This document shows positions 9,420 to 20,267 of a stretch of DNA of 64,000 nucleotides, piece after piece. The DNA is taken from contig OZ251459.1 of NCBI GenBank assembly GCA_965242525.1, positions 3,392,001 through 3,456,000 of the forward strand. Direction: 5' to 3'. Numbering within the stretch: position 1 is the stretch's first letter; the number at the start of each line of letters is the position of its first letter. The translations under genes and the position numbers were made by a program. The stretch comes from an uncultured Candidatus Binatia bacterium. GTDB lineage: Bacteria > Desulfobacterota > Binatia > UBA9968 > JAJDTQ01. Under the pieces are notes generated by a model that searched no databases, was not told where the DNA came from, and saw nothing but the letters and a program-made list of their open reading frames with translations.

Positions 9420-11485
9420 GACGCCCTCTCGATGACCAGGTTGCCGAAACCATCGACGGTGGCCTGCTGCGATTCGGGCACCACCGTCGTCGCATCCGGT
9501 TGTTCGATTACGGCAGGCCCGTGGATCCGGTCGCCCCCCAGCAACCGGCCGCGGTCGAGCACCGCGGCCTCCAGGAACCCTCCGCGCTTCAGGTCGAAAA
9601 GCGGTCTCCGGCCGATGACGGCGTTTTCGACGTTTCCGTCCCCCGCTTCCACGGGCGGCGGAGTGAGCCGCGGCACAGCGATCTCGACCAGGAGCCGGAA
9701 CGTGACGATTTCGGCGTCCTCGTCTTCGGCGCTCACGCCGTACACCGCGCCATGGCGTTGGTCGAAGCGCGCCTTGAGGTCGGCCTTGTCCGCTTCCACC
9801 ATCTCCCGGTCCGGACAATCGATGGACAGGTCGTACCCCTGGTGCAGGTAGCGCATGTCCACCTGCCGCCGGAACACCGCCTCCGAGAGGTCGAAACGCT
9901 CCTCCCGGACGTCCTCCACGGCCCGGAGGCGCAACTCCTCGAACCGCCGGTTCATGCGTCGGACGTCGTAACCGCTCACCAGGCCGAGGTCCGATTGCAG
10001 GTAGAGATGCCGGACCCTGGTCTGGAGCAGCCCCAGGGCGCTGTTGAGGCCGGGGTTCGGCGGCGCCAGGACCGCGGGTATCCGGAGTTCCTCGGCCAGC
10101 AGGCCCGCGTGGAGCGGTCCCGCGCCGCCGAAGGCCACCAGGACGAAGTCGCGCGGATCCACGCCGCGGTATTGCAGCGCAAGCCTGAGCTCCACCGACA
10201 TGTGGTTGTTGACGATCCTGAGGACCCCGGCCGCTGCCTGCACCACGTCGAGACCCAGCGGTTCGGCCAAGCCCGTGCGAACGGCCGCCTCCGCCCTGGA
10301 CCGATCCAGCCGCAGCCGCCCGCCGAGGGCGCTGCTGTCCCCGAGGGCCCCCAGCAGGAGGTTGGCGTCGGTCACCGTCGGCAGCTCGCCGCCCCTGCCG
10401 TAGCAGGCCGGCCCCGGGTCCGCGCCCGAACTCCGCGGTCCGACCTTCATCAGGCCGTCCTTTCCGATCCAGGCGATGGCGCCGCCTCCCGCCCCCAGGG
10501 TGTGGACGGCCAGCATCGGCGTCGCGAGGTCCTGCCCCGCGACCCGGCCCGCGGTGGTCTCCTCGGACCGCCCGTCGCGGATCACGCTGATGTCGGTGGA
10601 AGTGCCGCCCATGTCGAAGGTGACCAGGTTCTTGCGTCCCAGGAGCGCGGCCAGCTCGATGCCGGACACGACCCCGGCCGCGGGTCCCGAGAGCAGCGTC
10701 TGGTTGGGATAGCGGGCTCCGACGTTCATGCGCATCAGGCCGCCGTTGGACTGCATGAGGAAGATCTGCGGGGTCTCGACCCCGGCGGCGCGCAGCCTGT
10801 CCACCAGCCGCAGCAGGTAGGTTTCCATGGACCTGCCCACGAAGGCGTCGATGACCGTGGTGGAAAGGCGCGGGTATTCGCGGATGGTGGGCAGGATGCG
10901 CGACGATACCGACACGCGCCACTCCGGCGCCATCTCGGCCACGAGCGCCGCGGTCCTCTCCTCGTGCTCGGGGTTTCGGAAACTGAACAGGAAGTTGACG
11001 GCGACCGCCTCGACTTGCTTCTCCTTCAGCCGCGCAATCGCCCGTCTGGCGTCGTCCTCGTCGAGGGGCGTCCGCACGTTGCCGAGGTAGTCCAGGCGCT
11101 CGGTGACCTCTTCGGTCAGCGATTGCGGCGCCAACAGCGGCGGTTTGACGTAGTAGGGATCCGCCAGGTCCTCCGGCGCCGGCTGCGACCAGCCGCGCCC
11201 TTCATAGACCGCCCGGAAGCCGCGGGTGATCAGCAGGCCCGTGCGCGCGCCCCGGTTTTCCAGGATGGCGTTGGTGGCCACCGTGGTGCCGTGCACCAGG
11301 AACTCGATCCCGCCCGGCTCGACCCCGGAGCGGAACAGCTCGTCGAGGGCGTTCATCACCGCGGCCGACGGATCCTCCGGCATCGAGGGGACCTTGGCGG
11401 TCCGCCGTTCGCCGGTGGCGGGGTCGAACGCGATCAGGTCGGTGAACGAGCCTCCGGTATCGATGCCGACCATCCACGACGTCAT
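9416..11485 (-). CDS. Hydantoinase A/oxoprolinase family subunit
   Basis: 'GIDTGGSFTD', 'HGTTVATNA', 'LLSGPAAGV', 'DMGGTSTD', 'GAGGG', 'SGADPGPACYG', 'AFGGAGPLH'. Confidence 0.95.
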   Translation of the reverse strand: MTSWMVGIDTGGSFTDLIAFDPATGERRTAKVPSMPEDPSAAVMNALDELFRSGVEPGGIEFLVHGTTVATNAILENRGARTGLLITRGFRAVYEGRGWSQPAPEDLADPYYVKPPLLAPQSLTEEVTERLDYLGNVRTPLDEDDARRAIARLKEKQVEAVAVNFLFSFRNPEHEERTAALVAEMAPEWRVSVSSRILPTIREYPRLSTTVIDAFVGRSMETYLLRLVDRLRAAGVETPQIFLMQSNGGLMRMNVGARYPNQTLLSGPAAGVVSGIELAALLGRKNLVTFDMGGTSTDISVIRDGRSEETTAGRVAGQDLATPMLAVHTLGAGGGAIAWIGKDGLMKVGPRSSGADPGPACYGRGGELPTVTDANLLLGALGDSSALGGRLRLDRSRAEAAVRTGLAEPLGLDVVQAAAGVLRIVNNHMSVELRLALQYRGVDPRDFVLVAFGGAGPLHAGLLAEELRIPAVLAPPNPGLNSALGLLQTRVRHLYLQSDLGLVSGYDVRRMNRRFEELRLRAVEDVREERFDLSEAVFRRQVDMRYLHQGYDLSIDCPDREMVEADKADLKARFDQRHGAVYGVSAEDEDAEIVTFRLLVEIAVPRLTPPPVEAGDGNVENAVIGRRPLFDLKRGGFLEAAVLDRGRLLGGDRIHGPAVIEQPDATTVVPESQQATVDGFGNLVIERAS

Positions 11486-11525
11486 GGCGACCTCCGAGAC
11501 GATTGGCCCGCGCCGGCCCGGTGCG

Positions 11526-12530
11526 TTAACGCGAAAGGTCCACTACCACGCGCCCGCGGACCTTGCCCGCGAGGATGCGCTCGACGTGGGCGTCGAGCTC
11601 CTCCAGGGAGCAGTCGATGGCCACCGCGTCGAGTCGGGGCAGCTTCCATTCCGCGGCCATCTTCCGCCACAGCACGGTGCGGACGTCCACGGGGCAGTCC
11701 GGGGTGGCCACGCCGATGAGGCGCACGTCCCGGAGGATGAAGGGGAAGACCGTGGTGGGCAGGTCCGCGGAGGCCGCGTTGCCGCAGCAGGTGACCACGC
11801 CGCCGTACCTGGTGGACTTGAGCGCGGTGGCCAGGATGTTGCCCCCCACCGTGTCCACCACCCCGGCCCACAGGCCCTTGGACAGGGGCCGTCCCGACCG
11901 GTCGTCCACCGCCTCCCGGGAGATGACTTCGGCGGCCCCTAGGTCCGTGAGGAAGTCCTTCTCCGCTTCCTTGCCGGTGGAGGCCACCACCCGGTAGCCG
12001 GCCCGGGCCAGTATGCCCACCGCCAGACAGCCCACGCCGCCGGTGGCCCCGGTCACCAGGACGTCGCCCGAACCCGGCTCGACCCCGGATTCCCGAAGCC
12101 GCAGCACGGACAGGGCCGCGGTGAAGCCCGCGGTGCCATAGACCATGCTTTCCCTGAGGGTGAGGCCGTCGGGGCGTTTCACCGCCCAGGCCCCGGGCAC
12201 GCGCACGTACTCGGCAAAGCCGCCGTCGGTGTTCGCGCCGAGGTCGAAGCCCGTGAGCACCACCTCGTCGCCCTTGGCGAAGCCGCCGACCCGGCTCTCC
12301 GCCACCGTGCCCGCGGCGTCGATGCCCGGGGTGTGCGGGTAGTTGCGGGTCACGCCCTTGTTGCCGGACGCCGAGAGCGCGTCCTTGTAGTTGAGGGAGG
12401 ACCAGGCCACCGCCACCAGCAGGTCCCCGTCCGGCAGGTCGTCCACCGTCCTTTGGCTGACGGCGCGGGTGAAGGTCTTGTCCTCGTTCTCGCTCACGAC
12501 CATGGCTCGGAAGCGCTTGGGGTCCGGCAT
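11526..12530 (-). CDS. YhdH/YhfP-family (AcuI-like) MDR oxidoreductase
   Basis: 'SSLNYKDAL', 'PGIDAAG', 'GTAGFTAAL', 'VTGATGGVG', 'VFPFILR'. Confidence 0.92.
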   Translation of the reverse strand: MPDPKRFRAMVVSENEDKTFTRAVSQRTVDDLPDGDLLVAVAWSSLNYKDALSASGNKGVTRNYPHTPGIDAAGTVAESRVGGFAKGDEVVLTGFDLGANTDGGFAEYVRVPGAWAVKRPDGLTLRESMVYGTAGFTAALSVLRLRESGVEPGSGDVLVTGATGGVGCLAVGILARAGYRVVASTGKEAEKDFLTDLGAAEVISREAVDDRSGRPLSKGLWAGVVDTVGGNILATALKSTRYGGVVTCCGNAASADLPTTVFPFILRDVRLIGVATPDCPVDVRTVLWRKMAAEWKLPRLDAVAIDCSLEELDAHVERILAGKVRGRVVVDLSR

Positions 12531-12577
12531 GATGGGGTCTCCTTTCGGCTAGGTATCGGATCCGTCCGGGGCGGCGC

Positions 12578-14875
12578 TCAACTCGCGCGCCGGCGCTCCT
12601 GCAGGCGCTGCCACACCTTGGGGGGCGACAGCGGCAGGTCGCAGATGCGCAGGTCCACGGCGTCGTCCACCGCCGCGGCAATGGCGGACGCGGCCGGCAG
12701 CACGCCGCCCTCGCCCATGCCCTTGGCGCCGAACGGCCCGGGGCCGTTGCCGCTTTCCACCAGCTCGGAGACGAAGCTCTCCGGCAGGTCGTGGAAGGCG
12801 GGCACGCGGTAGTCGATGAGGTTGGGGTTCAGGAGCTGGCCGTCCTCATAGACCATCTCTTCCAGCAGGGTGTGGCCCAGGCCGAACAACACGCCGCCTT
12901 CGTCCTGGCCCTCGCACTGCAACGGGTTGATGGCCCGTCCCACGTCCGCCATGGACACGTACTTGAGGATGCGGATGACGCCGGTGTCCGGGTCCACCTC
13001 CAACTCGACTCCGCCCCAGCCCACTTCCCAGAAGGTGGTGGGGGATCCCAGCACCGCGGTCTTGCTCTTCCTGTCCCGGTAAACCCCCCGCCCCACGATC
13101 TCGGTGGCGGAGCTGCCGAAGTACTCGGCGATGACTTGGCCGTAGGGCACGCCCCGGCCCTTGCCGCCGCGCACCCGGCCGCCCTTGAGGGTGAGCCGGT
13201 CGGCCTTCTCGCCCGTGACCCTGGCCGCGGCCCGCAGCAACTGCTTCTTCACGTCCCGGGCCGCCCGCTGGGTCGCCAGCCCCATGACGGTCATGGAGCT
13301 GCTGGCGCTGGTGGACACGTCGAAGGGCGTCACGTCCGTGTCCAACTGGGCCACGGACACCTGCTCCAGGGCGATGCCCAGCTCTTCCGCCACCACTTGG
13401 CTGAGGGCGGTGCGGCAGCCCTGTCCCACCTCCACGCTGCCGGTGAGCAGCACCGCGCTGCCGTCCGAGGACATCTTCACGGTGGCGCCGGCCACCTTGT
13501 AGGTGCCGCCCGCGTCCTTCATGCACACGCTCAGCCCCTTGCCCACGTTGGGCCGGGACGCCTTCTTCCAGTCCAGCGCCCTGGCCACCTTGCGCAGCCC
13601 CTGCTTCAGGTCGCAGTCCACCGGGGTGTCGCCGGGGGTGTAGGCCTCGCCCTTGTCCAGCAGGTTCCCGAGGCGGAAGTCCAGGGGGTCCATGCCGAGC
13701 CGCTTGGCGATCATGTCCATCTGCGACTCGTAGGCCCAGGCCACCTGGACCGCGCCGAAGCCGCGGAAGGCCCCCGCGGGCACCGTGTTGCTATAGACGC
13801 CGTGGGCGTCGATCTTCACGTGGGCGACCCGGTACGGCCCCACCGCGCGGTACCCGGCCTTCTGGGTCACCCGGGGCCCGGCGTCGGCGTAGGCGCCGGT
13901 GTCCATGTAGATCTCCAACTCCCGCGCCACCAGCTTGCCCTTCCCGCTGACGCCGGTCTTGATGCGGATGCGCGCCGGATGGCGGGTCACGGTCTTGAAG
14001 CTCTCGTTGACGCTGAGGGCCAGCTTGACCGGGCGGCGGGTCCTCACGGACAGGGCCGCGGCAATGGGGTCCGCCTTGACGTAGAGTTTGCCGCCGTAGC
14101 CGCCGCCCACGTAGGGCACCACCACGCGCACCCGGTTGAGGGGCAGCCTGAAGATCCCGGCCAAGTGGCCCCGCAGCGTGAACGGGTCCTGGCACGAGCT
14201 CCACACCGTCAAACGGTCGCCGTCGTAATGGGCGATGCAGATATGGGGCTCCAGCGAGTAGTGCTGGACCTTGGAGAACCGGAAGACGTCCTCGAACACG
14301 TGGTCGGAGCGGGCGAAGCCGTCCTCCACGTTCCCCCGTGCGTAGCCGAAGTGGTAGCACACGTTGGTGCCCTCGAAGCGCGCAGGCGCGCCGTACCGGG
14401 AGCCGCGCAACTCGGCCTTGGCCACCTCGGCGTCGTGCACCAGCGGCGCCCCCGGCGCCAGAGCGTCGTCCACCGTGTCCACGAACGGAAGCTCCTCGTA
14501 CTCCACGTCGATGAGCTCCAGGGCCTCCTCGGCCGTCGTCTCGTCCGCGGACAGCACCGCGGCCACCGGGTCGCCCACGTAGCGGACCTTGTCCACGGCC
14601 ACCACGGACTGGTCCTTGTAGGTGGCGCCGTACCGGTAGTCGAGGCCGCCCAGGTCGTCGCGCGTGAGCACGTCGATGACCCCCGGCAAGGCCCTGGCCC
14701 GGCTGGCGTCCACCTTAAGGATGCGGGCGTGGGGCAGGGGGCTTCTCAGGATCCTGGCGTAGGCCATTCCCGGAAGCTCCAGGTCCCCGGTGTAGAACGC
14801 CTTGCCCGACACCTTCTCCACCGCGTCGAGCCGCACGGCGGCGCGCCCGGCCACTGACAGTCTGGGTTTTTTCAT
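12578..14875 (-). CDS. Xanthine dehydrogenase-family molybdopterin-binding large subunit
   Basis: 'LRSPLPHARI', 'VGGGYGGK', 'AFRGFG', 'EVGQG', 'DVGRAINP...GQDEGG', 'GAKGMGE'. Confidence 0.93.
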   Translation of the reverse strand: MKKPRLSVAGRAAVRLDAVEKVSGKAFYTGDLELPGMAYARILRSPLPHARILKVDASRARALPGVIDVLTRDDLGGLDYRYGATYKDQSVVAVDKVRYVGDPVAAVLSADETTAEEALELIDVEYEELPFVDTVDDALAPGAPLVHDAEVAKAELRGSRYGAPARFEGTNVCYHFGYARGNVEDGFARSDHVFEDVFRFSKVQHYSLEPHICIAHYDGDRLTVWSSCQDPFTLRGHLAGIFRLPLNRVRVVVPYVGGGYGGKLYVKADPIAAALSVRTRRPVKLALSVNESFKTVTRHPARIRIKTGVSGKGKLVARELEIYMDTGAYADAGPRVTQKAGYRAVGPYRVAHVKIDAHGVYSNTVPAGAFRGFGAVQVAWAYESQMDMIAKRLGMDPLDFRLGNLLDKGEAYTPGDTPVDCDLKQGLRKVARALDWKKASRPNVGKGLSVCMKDAGGTYKVAGATVKMSSDGSAVLLTGSVEVGQGCRTALSQVVAEELGIALEQVSVAQLDTDVTPFDVSTSASSSMTVMGLATQRAARDVKKQLLRAAARVTGEKADRLTLKGGRVRGGKGRGVPYGQVIAEYFGSSATEIVGRGVYRDRKSKTAVLGSPTTFWEVGWGGVELEVDPDTGVIRILKYVSMADVGRAINPLQCEGQDEGGVLFGLGHTLLEEMVYEDGQLLNPNLIDYRVPAFHDLPESFVSELVESGNGPGPFGAKGMGEGGVLPAASAIAAAVDDAVDLRICDLPLSPPKVWQRLQERRRAS

Positions 14876-14981
14876 GGCGTCTCCGAACTCCCCATTCTCT
14901 TAGCCGAAGTTCCAGGCCCAAGCAACGTCGGGGCGCACCGAGGGCCATGCACGGATCGAGGATCGGGAGACGGACGTTCCG

Positions 14982-16886
14982 TCAGTTCCGGATCCGCAGT
15001 TCCCTCAGTTCCTCGAGTTCCGACCAGCGCTCCACCGTCTCTTCGAGGGCCGCCTTCGCGGTCTCCAACTCGTCCAGCACGGGCCGGACGGCGTCGAAGG
15101 GCCGCGCGTAGAAATCCGGCTGCCGGGTCTCTTCCTCCAGCGCGGCCACCGCCTTTTCCATGGCCTCGATGCGGTCCGGCAGTCCGTCCAGCTCCAGTTG
15201 CAGCTTGTAGCTGAGCTTGGTCGAGCGGGACCCCGGCTCGCGCGGCTGCCGCGGCGCGTTGCGGGCGGCCTTCCGGTTGGGGTCGTCGGTGACGGCCAGG
15301 GCCTTGCCGCGCCTGGCCCAGTCGGTGTAGCCGCCGGCATGGCGCCGGACCACGCCCGCGTCCTCGAACACCAGGGTGCTGGTGACGCAGTTGTCCAGGA
15401 AGCTGCGGTCGTGGCTCACCACCAGGAGGGTGCCGCGGTAGTCCACGAGCTGCTCCTCCAGCACCTCCAGGGTGTCGATGTCCAGGTCGTTGGTGGGTTC
15501 GTCCAGCACCAGCAGGTTCGCCGGCCGGGTGAGCAGCCGGGCCAGGAGGACGCGGTTGCGCTCGCCGCCGGACAGGGCCGCCACCGGGCTCATGGCCCGC
15601 TTGGGAGTGAACAGGAAACCCTTGAGGTAGCCCACCACGTGGCGCGGCCTGCCGTTCACCACCACGTGGTCGCGGCCGTCCGCCACGGTTTCGGCCACGG
15701 TCTTCTGCGGGTCCAACCGCCGCCGGAGCTGGTCGAAATAGCCGATCTCCAGGTTCGCGCCCACCTCCACGGTCCCCGAATCCGGGGCGATCTCTCCCAC
15801 GAGGATGCGCAGCAGGGTGCTCTTGCCCACGCCGTTGTTGCCGATGAGCCCCATGCGGTCGCCGCGCACGATCCGTAGCGAGAGGTTGCGGATCAGCGGC
15901 TCGGCGCCGTAGCCGTGGGTCACGTTGCGGAGCTCCACCACCTTCCGGCCCGACTGCTCCCCGTGCTGGACGCGGATGCGCGCCTGTCCCTGGGGCTTGA
16001 GACGCCCGGCGGCCTGCTCCCGCATGGCCATGAGGGCGCGCACACGGCCTTCGTTGCGGGTCCGGCGCGCCTTGAGGCCCTGCCGGATCCACGCCTCCTC
16101 CTGGGCCAGACGCTTGTCGAACAGGGCGTCGCGCCGGGCGTCCTCGGCCAAGGCCTTCTCCTTGAGGGCGAGGTAGTCGTCGTAGTCGCCGGGCCAGCTC
16201 ACCAGCCGGGTCCGGTCGATCTCCACGATCCGGGTGGCCAGCCGCCGCAGGAAGGCGCGGTCGTGGGTGATGAACAGCACGCTGCCCGCGTAGTCGTAGA
16301 TCCGGTCCTCCAGCCACCGGATGGTGCTCAGGTCGAGATGGTTGGTGGGCTCGTCGAGCAGCAGCAACTCGGCGTTGCCCACGATGGCCCGGGCCAGCCC
16401 TACCCGGCGCCGCCAACCGCCGGAGAGCTCCCCCAGCCGCATTTCCGCGGGCAGGTCCATCTCGCTCAGGACCGTCTCCACCCGCTGGTCCACGCGCCAA
16501 CCGCCGTGGGCGTCGATCTCCCGATGCAACGCCTCCAACTCCAGCAGCCCCTTGCGGTCCAGCGCCTCCCGGGAGCGCCGTTCGTAGAGGTCGATGAGGC
16601 CTTGCAGGTCGGCCAGGCCCGCGGTCACGTATTCCCGCACCGTCCGGCCGAGCTCTTCGGGGAGCGCCTGCTCCAGCTCGCTGATGCGGATGCGGCTCTG
16701 GTAACGGACCTCGCCGCGGTCGGGTTGGAGCCGGCCGGTGATGAGCCGGAGCATGGAGGTCTTGCCCGCGCCGTTGCGCCCGATCAGGCACACCCGCTCC
16801 CCCGGCTCGATGGCGAAGTCGGCATGGGCGAACAACCGCTGGTCGCCCAACTCCAGGGAGACGTCTTCGAGGCTGACGAGAGGCAT
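14982..16886 (-). CDS. uup: ABC-F family ATPase Uup
   Basis: Two ABC domains (GRNGAGKT/LSGGW; GNNGVGKS/LSGGE), the linker 'EEAWIRQGLKARRTRNEGRVRAL' and the C-terminal 'KLSYKLQLEL'. Confidence 0.93.
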   Translation of the reverse strand: MPLVSLEDVSLELGDQRLFAHADFAIEPGERVCLIGRNGAGKTSMLRLITGRLQPDRGEVRYQSRIRISELEQALPEELGRTVREYVTAGLADLQGLIDLYERRSREALDRKGLLELEALHREIDAHGGWRVDQRVETVLSEMDLPAEMRLGELSGGWRRRVGLARAIVGNAELLLLDEPTNHLDLSTIRWLEDRIYDYAGSVLFITHDRAFLRRLATRIVEIDRTRLVSWPGDYDDYLALKEKALAEDARRDALFDKRLAQEEAWIRQGLKARRTRNEGRVRALMAMREQAAGRLKPQGQARIRVQHGEQSGRKVVELRNVTHGYGAEPLIRNLSLRIVRGDRMGLIGNNGVGKSTLLRILVGEIAPDSGTVEVGANLEIGYFDQLRRRLDPQKTVAETVADGRDHVVVNGRPRHVVGYLKGFLFTPKRAMSPVAALSGGERNRVLLARLLTRPANLLVLDEPTNDLDIDTLEVLEEQLVDYRGTLLVVSHDRSFLDNCVTSTLVFEDAGVVRRHAGGYTDWARRGKALAVTDDPNRKAARNAPRQPREPGSRSTKLSYKLQLELDGLPDRIEAMEKAVAALEEETRQPDFYARPFDAVRPVLDELETAKAALEETVERWSELEELRELRIRN

Positions 16887-17008
16887 GGGGAATCGAAAAG
16901 CGCGTCCTTCGACTTCGCTACGCTACGCTCAGGACGAACGGGGGACGTTGTTCGGAATTGCCCCCCGTTCGTAATTTCCCCCGATCGTAAATCCTCGATC
17001 CCCGATGC

Positions 17009-17887
17009 TCACTGGCTGGCGACGAACGCGCGCAGCACCTCGTTGAACTCCGCGGGATGCTCCCGGTACGAGAAATGGCCGGCCTGGTTGATGATGTGCA
17101 TTTGGGTGCGGCGCTCGCTTCCGGCCATGACCTCGAACAGGCGCATGCCCTGGTCCAGGGTGGCGGTGGGGTCGTTGTAGCCCCATACCAGGAGGGTGGG
17201 CTTGCCCAGCCCCCGGTCCCGGAGCCAGCCCAAGGTCTCCTCCTTCTGGCGCGCGTGCTGCAGCAGGAAGCGGTTGGTCTTGAGCCCCTGCGTCTCCATC
17301 TTCTCCACTGCTTCCCGGTACTTGGGCAGTTGGGCGATGGCGGTGCAGGCGTCGAGCCACTCGTCGGTGACGTGGGCGGCCGAGTACGAATAGCGCTCGA
17401 ACACCCATCGCTGGCTCTCCCGCCCCAGCCGCGGCTCCGGGGCGTTGGCGAAGACGATGTCGTTCCTGCCCACCCCCGGGGCCAGGGTGTTCGTGTCCAC
17501 CGGGATGCAGGACTTCACCAGGTCGCCCCGCTCCAGGGTCATGCGCGCCACAAGGTAGGCGCCGCGGGAATGGCCCACGAGGTGCACGTTGCCGAGCTTC
17601 AGGGTCTCCAGGAAGGCCAGCGCGTGCCGCACCACCGCGGCCATGGTGTAGTCCTCGTCGCTCCGGGGGTTGTCGGTCATCCCCTGCCCCAGCTTGTCCA
17701 CCGCATGGACGTGGAACCACTGCGCCAGGCCGTCGAAGTTGAGGCCCCAGTCCAGAGCGCAGTCCGCGGCGTCGTTGGAGCCGAAGTTGCCGCCGTGGAA
17801 CAGCACCAGAGGCTCGCCGCTACCTTTCTCGAAGTAGCGGGTGCGGATGCCGCCCACGTCCACGAATCTTTCGTCCGCCTGGTTCAT
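17009..17887 (-). CDS. Alpha/beta hydrolase (meta-cleavage C-C hydrolase-like)
   Basis: Start 'MNQADERFVDV' after a GAGGAGG RBS; 'LFHGG', nucleophile elbow 'GHSRG', 'WGYND', 'AGH'. Confidence 0.9.
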   Translation of the reverse strand: MNQADERFVDVGGIRTRYFEKGSGEPLVLFHGGNFGSNDAADCALDWGLNFDGLAQWFHVHAVDKLGQGMTDNPRSDEDYTMAAVVRHALAFLETLKLGNVHLVGHSRGAYLVARMTLERGDLVKSCIPVDTNTLAPGVGRNDIVFANAPEPRLGRESQRWVFERYSYSAAHVTDEWLDACTAIAQLPKYREAVEKMETQGLKTNRFLLQHARQKEETLGWLRDRGLGKPTLLVWGYNDPTATLDQGMRLFEVMAGSERRTQMHIINQAGHFSYREHPAEFNEVLRAFVASQ

Positions 17888-18282
17888 CACGGTCCTCCTC
17901 ACCGGCCGGCCTGTGCCGGCCGCGGGTCGCGTTCCCCATGGAGCGGCTCCACGCCGCGTCCTCCTGCCCCGGACGGCGCACCCGGCCCGAGGGTGTCCCA
18001 ATGTAACGGATTGTCCCCGGAAGGTTAACCCGTTCCTCCGGATCTGCCAGATCTGCGGTTGACGTTGGAGACGGCGTCGGCCATGAACTCAAAAGGGCAG
18101 TCCATGCGTTCATTCCACTGAAAGCGGAATGGTTTCGATCCGTGTCGCCATGAAGGGCATCCTCCGGGCGCGGGGACCGGGGTTTCCGGGCGGATCGGCG
18201 CGGCGGGGGCATGCTTGGAAATCATCGGGCAATCGGATAAGGGAAGGTGAGCCGGAAGGCGCGAGACCCAAGGAGGCAAGCT

Positions 18283-19107
18283 ATGGCGAAACCGAACGGC
18301 GACGAGCATCCCATGCTGGGGGAGGGGCTGGGGCGGCTGCGCGGCAGGACGGCGGTCATCACCGGGGCCAACAGCGGCATCGGACGGGCCACGGCCCGCC
18401 TGTTCGCGCGCGAAGGCGCCAACGTCCTGTGCTGCGACATCCAGGAAACCACGACGCCCCGGGTGGACCAGCTCATCATCGAGGAGGGCGGCGAAGCCAC
18501 CTTCCTGAACGTGGACGTGACCGCGTCCGACGGCCCGGAGACGATGGTCAAGACGGCGCTGGACCGGTACGGCGGCGTGGACATCCTCTACAACAACGCG
18601 GGCGGCGGCATCCGCAAGCCCATCCACGAGTTCACCGACGAAGAGTGGAACTTCATCATGGACCTCAACCTGAACGCCATCTTCCGGTCGGTGCGGGCGG
18701 TCATCCCGCATTTCCTGGAGAAGGGCAGCGGCAACATCGTGAGCACCGCGTCCACCTTCGGCCTGCTGGCGTCGGAGAACTACCCGGCCTACTGCGCCAC
18801 CAAGGCGGCGGTCATCAACCTGACCCGGGAAATGGCGCTGGACTACGGCCCCAAGGGCGTCCGCGTGAACTGCGTCTGTCCGGGCGCCACCGAGACCCCG
18901 CGCTTCCGGGGGCATCCGCCGGTTCCGTCGCTCCAGGCCGCCACCGACGAGCAGCGCAAGCGCATGGCCGACAGCAACAAGGCCCTGCTGCGCATGGCGC
19001 GGCCGGAGGAGATCGCCTACGGCGTCCTCTTCCTGGTGTCCGACGAGGCTTCCTTCGTCACCGGCCACGCCCTGGTGGTGGATGGCGGCCAGACCATCGA
19101 CGCGTAG
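18283..19107 (+). CDS. SDR family oxidoreductase
   Basis: AGGAGG RBS; 'TGANSGIG', 'NNAG', 'YCATK', 'VNCVCPG'. Confidence 0.95.
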   Translation: MAKPNGDEHPMLGEGLGRLRGRTAVITGANSGIGRATARLFAREGANVLCCDIQETTTPRVDQLIIEEGGEATFLNVDVTASDGPETMVKTALDRYGGVDILYNNAGGGIRKPIHEFTDEEWNFIMDLNLNAIFRSVRAVIPHFLEKGSGNIVSTASTFGLLASENYPAYCATKAAVINLTREMALDYGPKGVRVNCVCPGATETPRFRGHPPVPSLQAATDEQRKRMADSNKALLRMARPEEIAYGVLFLVSDEASFVTGHALVVDGGQTIDA

Positions 19108-19214
19108 CGGGAGGCCGCGGGCCGTGGAGGACGCAAAGCGGGGAGCAGGGGAAAAGAGGGCCTTCGTGGCGTGCGGCCGGCCTGCGAAAGCGGGTTCTCG
19201 ACAAGGGTAACGAC

Positions 19215-20267
19215 ATGGGAGAGATACTCGGCCTCGGCATCACGCATTATCCCGGACTCGGCTTCCAGGGGAACATGACTCGCCGCATCAAGGTGTGCCT
19301 GGAAGATCCGGCGCTTCCGGAACGGCTGCGCAGCGTCGAGAACTGGCCGGCGCCCATGCGCGAGCAGTGGGGCGCGGACGACGGCCGGAGCCACTCGGAC
19401 GCGCATCGGCAGGCCATGATCGACCGCTTCCGCATCGCCCGCCGCACCCTGGACGAATTCCGACCCGACCTGTGCGTGCTGTGGGGCGACGACCAGTACG
19501 AGAATTACCGGGAAGACTGCGTACCCGCCTTCTCCATCCTCGCCTATGAATCGGTGGACGCGCAGCCGTGGCTGCACAGCCGCCGGGGCGTCAACGTCTG
19601 GGACGAGCCCGACCACAAGACCTTCGCCATCGAGGGCCATCGGGAAGGCGGCAAGCACCTGGCGTCGAGCCTGCTGGAGAACGGCTTCGACGTGGCCTAC
19701 TCCTACAAGCCGCTGCACCGCGGGCTGGGGCACGCCTTCGTGAACTCGATCCTGTACCTGGACTGGGACCGCGCGGGGTTTCCCTACCCGGTGGTGCCCT
19801 TCACCGTGAACAGCTACGGGCGCAAGCTGGTGGGCAGCCGGGGCGTCCCGCTGACCCCTTCGGCCGCCCGCAGCATTGAAGACCAGTGGGACCCTCCGGG
19901 CCCGCAGCCCTGGCGCTGCTTCGACATCGGCGCCGCAACGGTGCGCGCGTTCCTGGGGAGTCCGTGGCGGGTGGCCCTCATCGCCTCGTCGAGCTGGTCC
20001 CATTCGTTCCTCACCGCCAAGCACTCCTTCCTGTACCCGGACGTGGAATCGGACCGCCGCTACTTCCAGGCCCTCCGGGACGGCGACTGGGAGACCTGGC
20101 GGAACACGAACCTGCCGGAGGCCGAGGACCGCGGCCACCACGAGCTCCTCAACTGGTTCGCCCTGGCCGGCGCCATGGCCGAGATCGACCGCAAGCCCGA
20201 CGACATCGTGTTCCTGGAGTCGTGGATCTCCAACTCCAACAAGGTGTTCGCGGTGTTTCGGCCGTGA
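19215..20267 (+). CDS. Extradiol ring-cleavage dioxygenase, LigB/class III type
   Basis: Start 'MGEILGLGITHYP', 'WGDDQYENY', 'LGHAF', 'IASSSWSH', 'GHHELLNW'. Confidence 0.85.
   Translation: MGEILGLGITHYPGLGFQGNMTRRIKVCLEDPALPERLRSVENWPAPMREQWGADDGRSHSDAHRQAMIDRFRIARRTLDEFRPDLCVLWGDDQYENYREDCVPAFSILAYESVDAQPWLHSRRGVNVWDEPDHKTFAIEGHREGGKHLASSLLENGFDVAYSYKPLHRGLGHAFVNSILYLDWDRAGFPYPVVPFTVNSYGRKLVGSRGVPLTPSAARSIEDQWDPPGPQPWRCFDIGAATVRAFLGSPWRVALIASSSWSHSFLTAKHSFLYPDVESDRRYFQALRDGDWETWRNTNLPEAEDRGHHELLNWFALAGAMAEIDRKPDDIVFLESWISNSNKVFAVFRP

Noticed and set aside
7734-10922. Long apparent fusion ORFs (7734..10922, 18129..20267, 42521..44221, 44766..45527, 3030..4421)
   Set aside because: Their N-terminal extensions are Arg/Pro/Gly-rich off-frame readings of neighbouring genes. 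The real starts are at 9419, 19215, 43177, 45075 and 3227.
12578-14875. Aerobic CO dehydrogenase CoxL
   Set aside because: The active-site loop is AFRGFG, not the form I AYxCSFR, and no coxM/coxS genes are adjacent.
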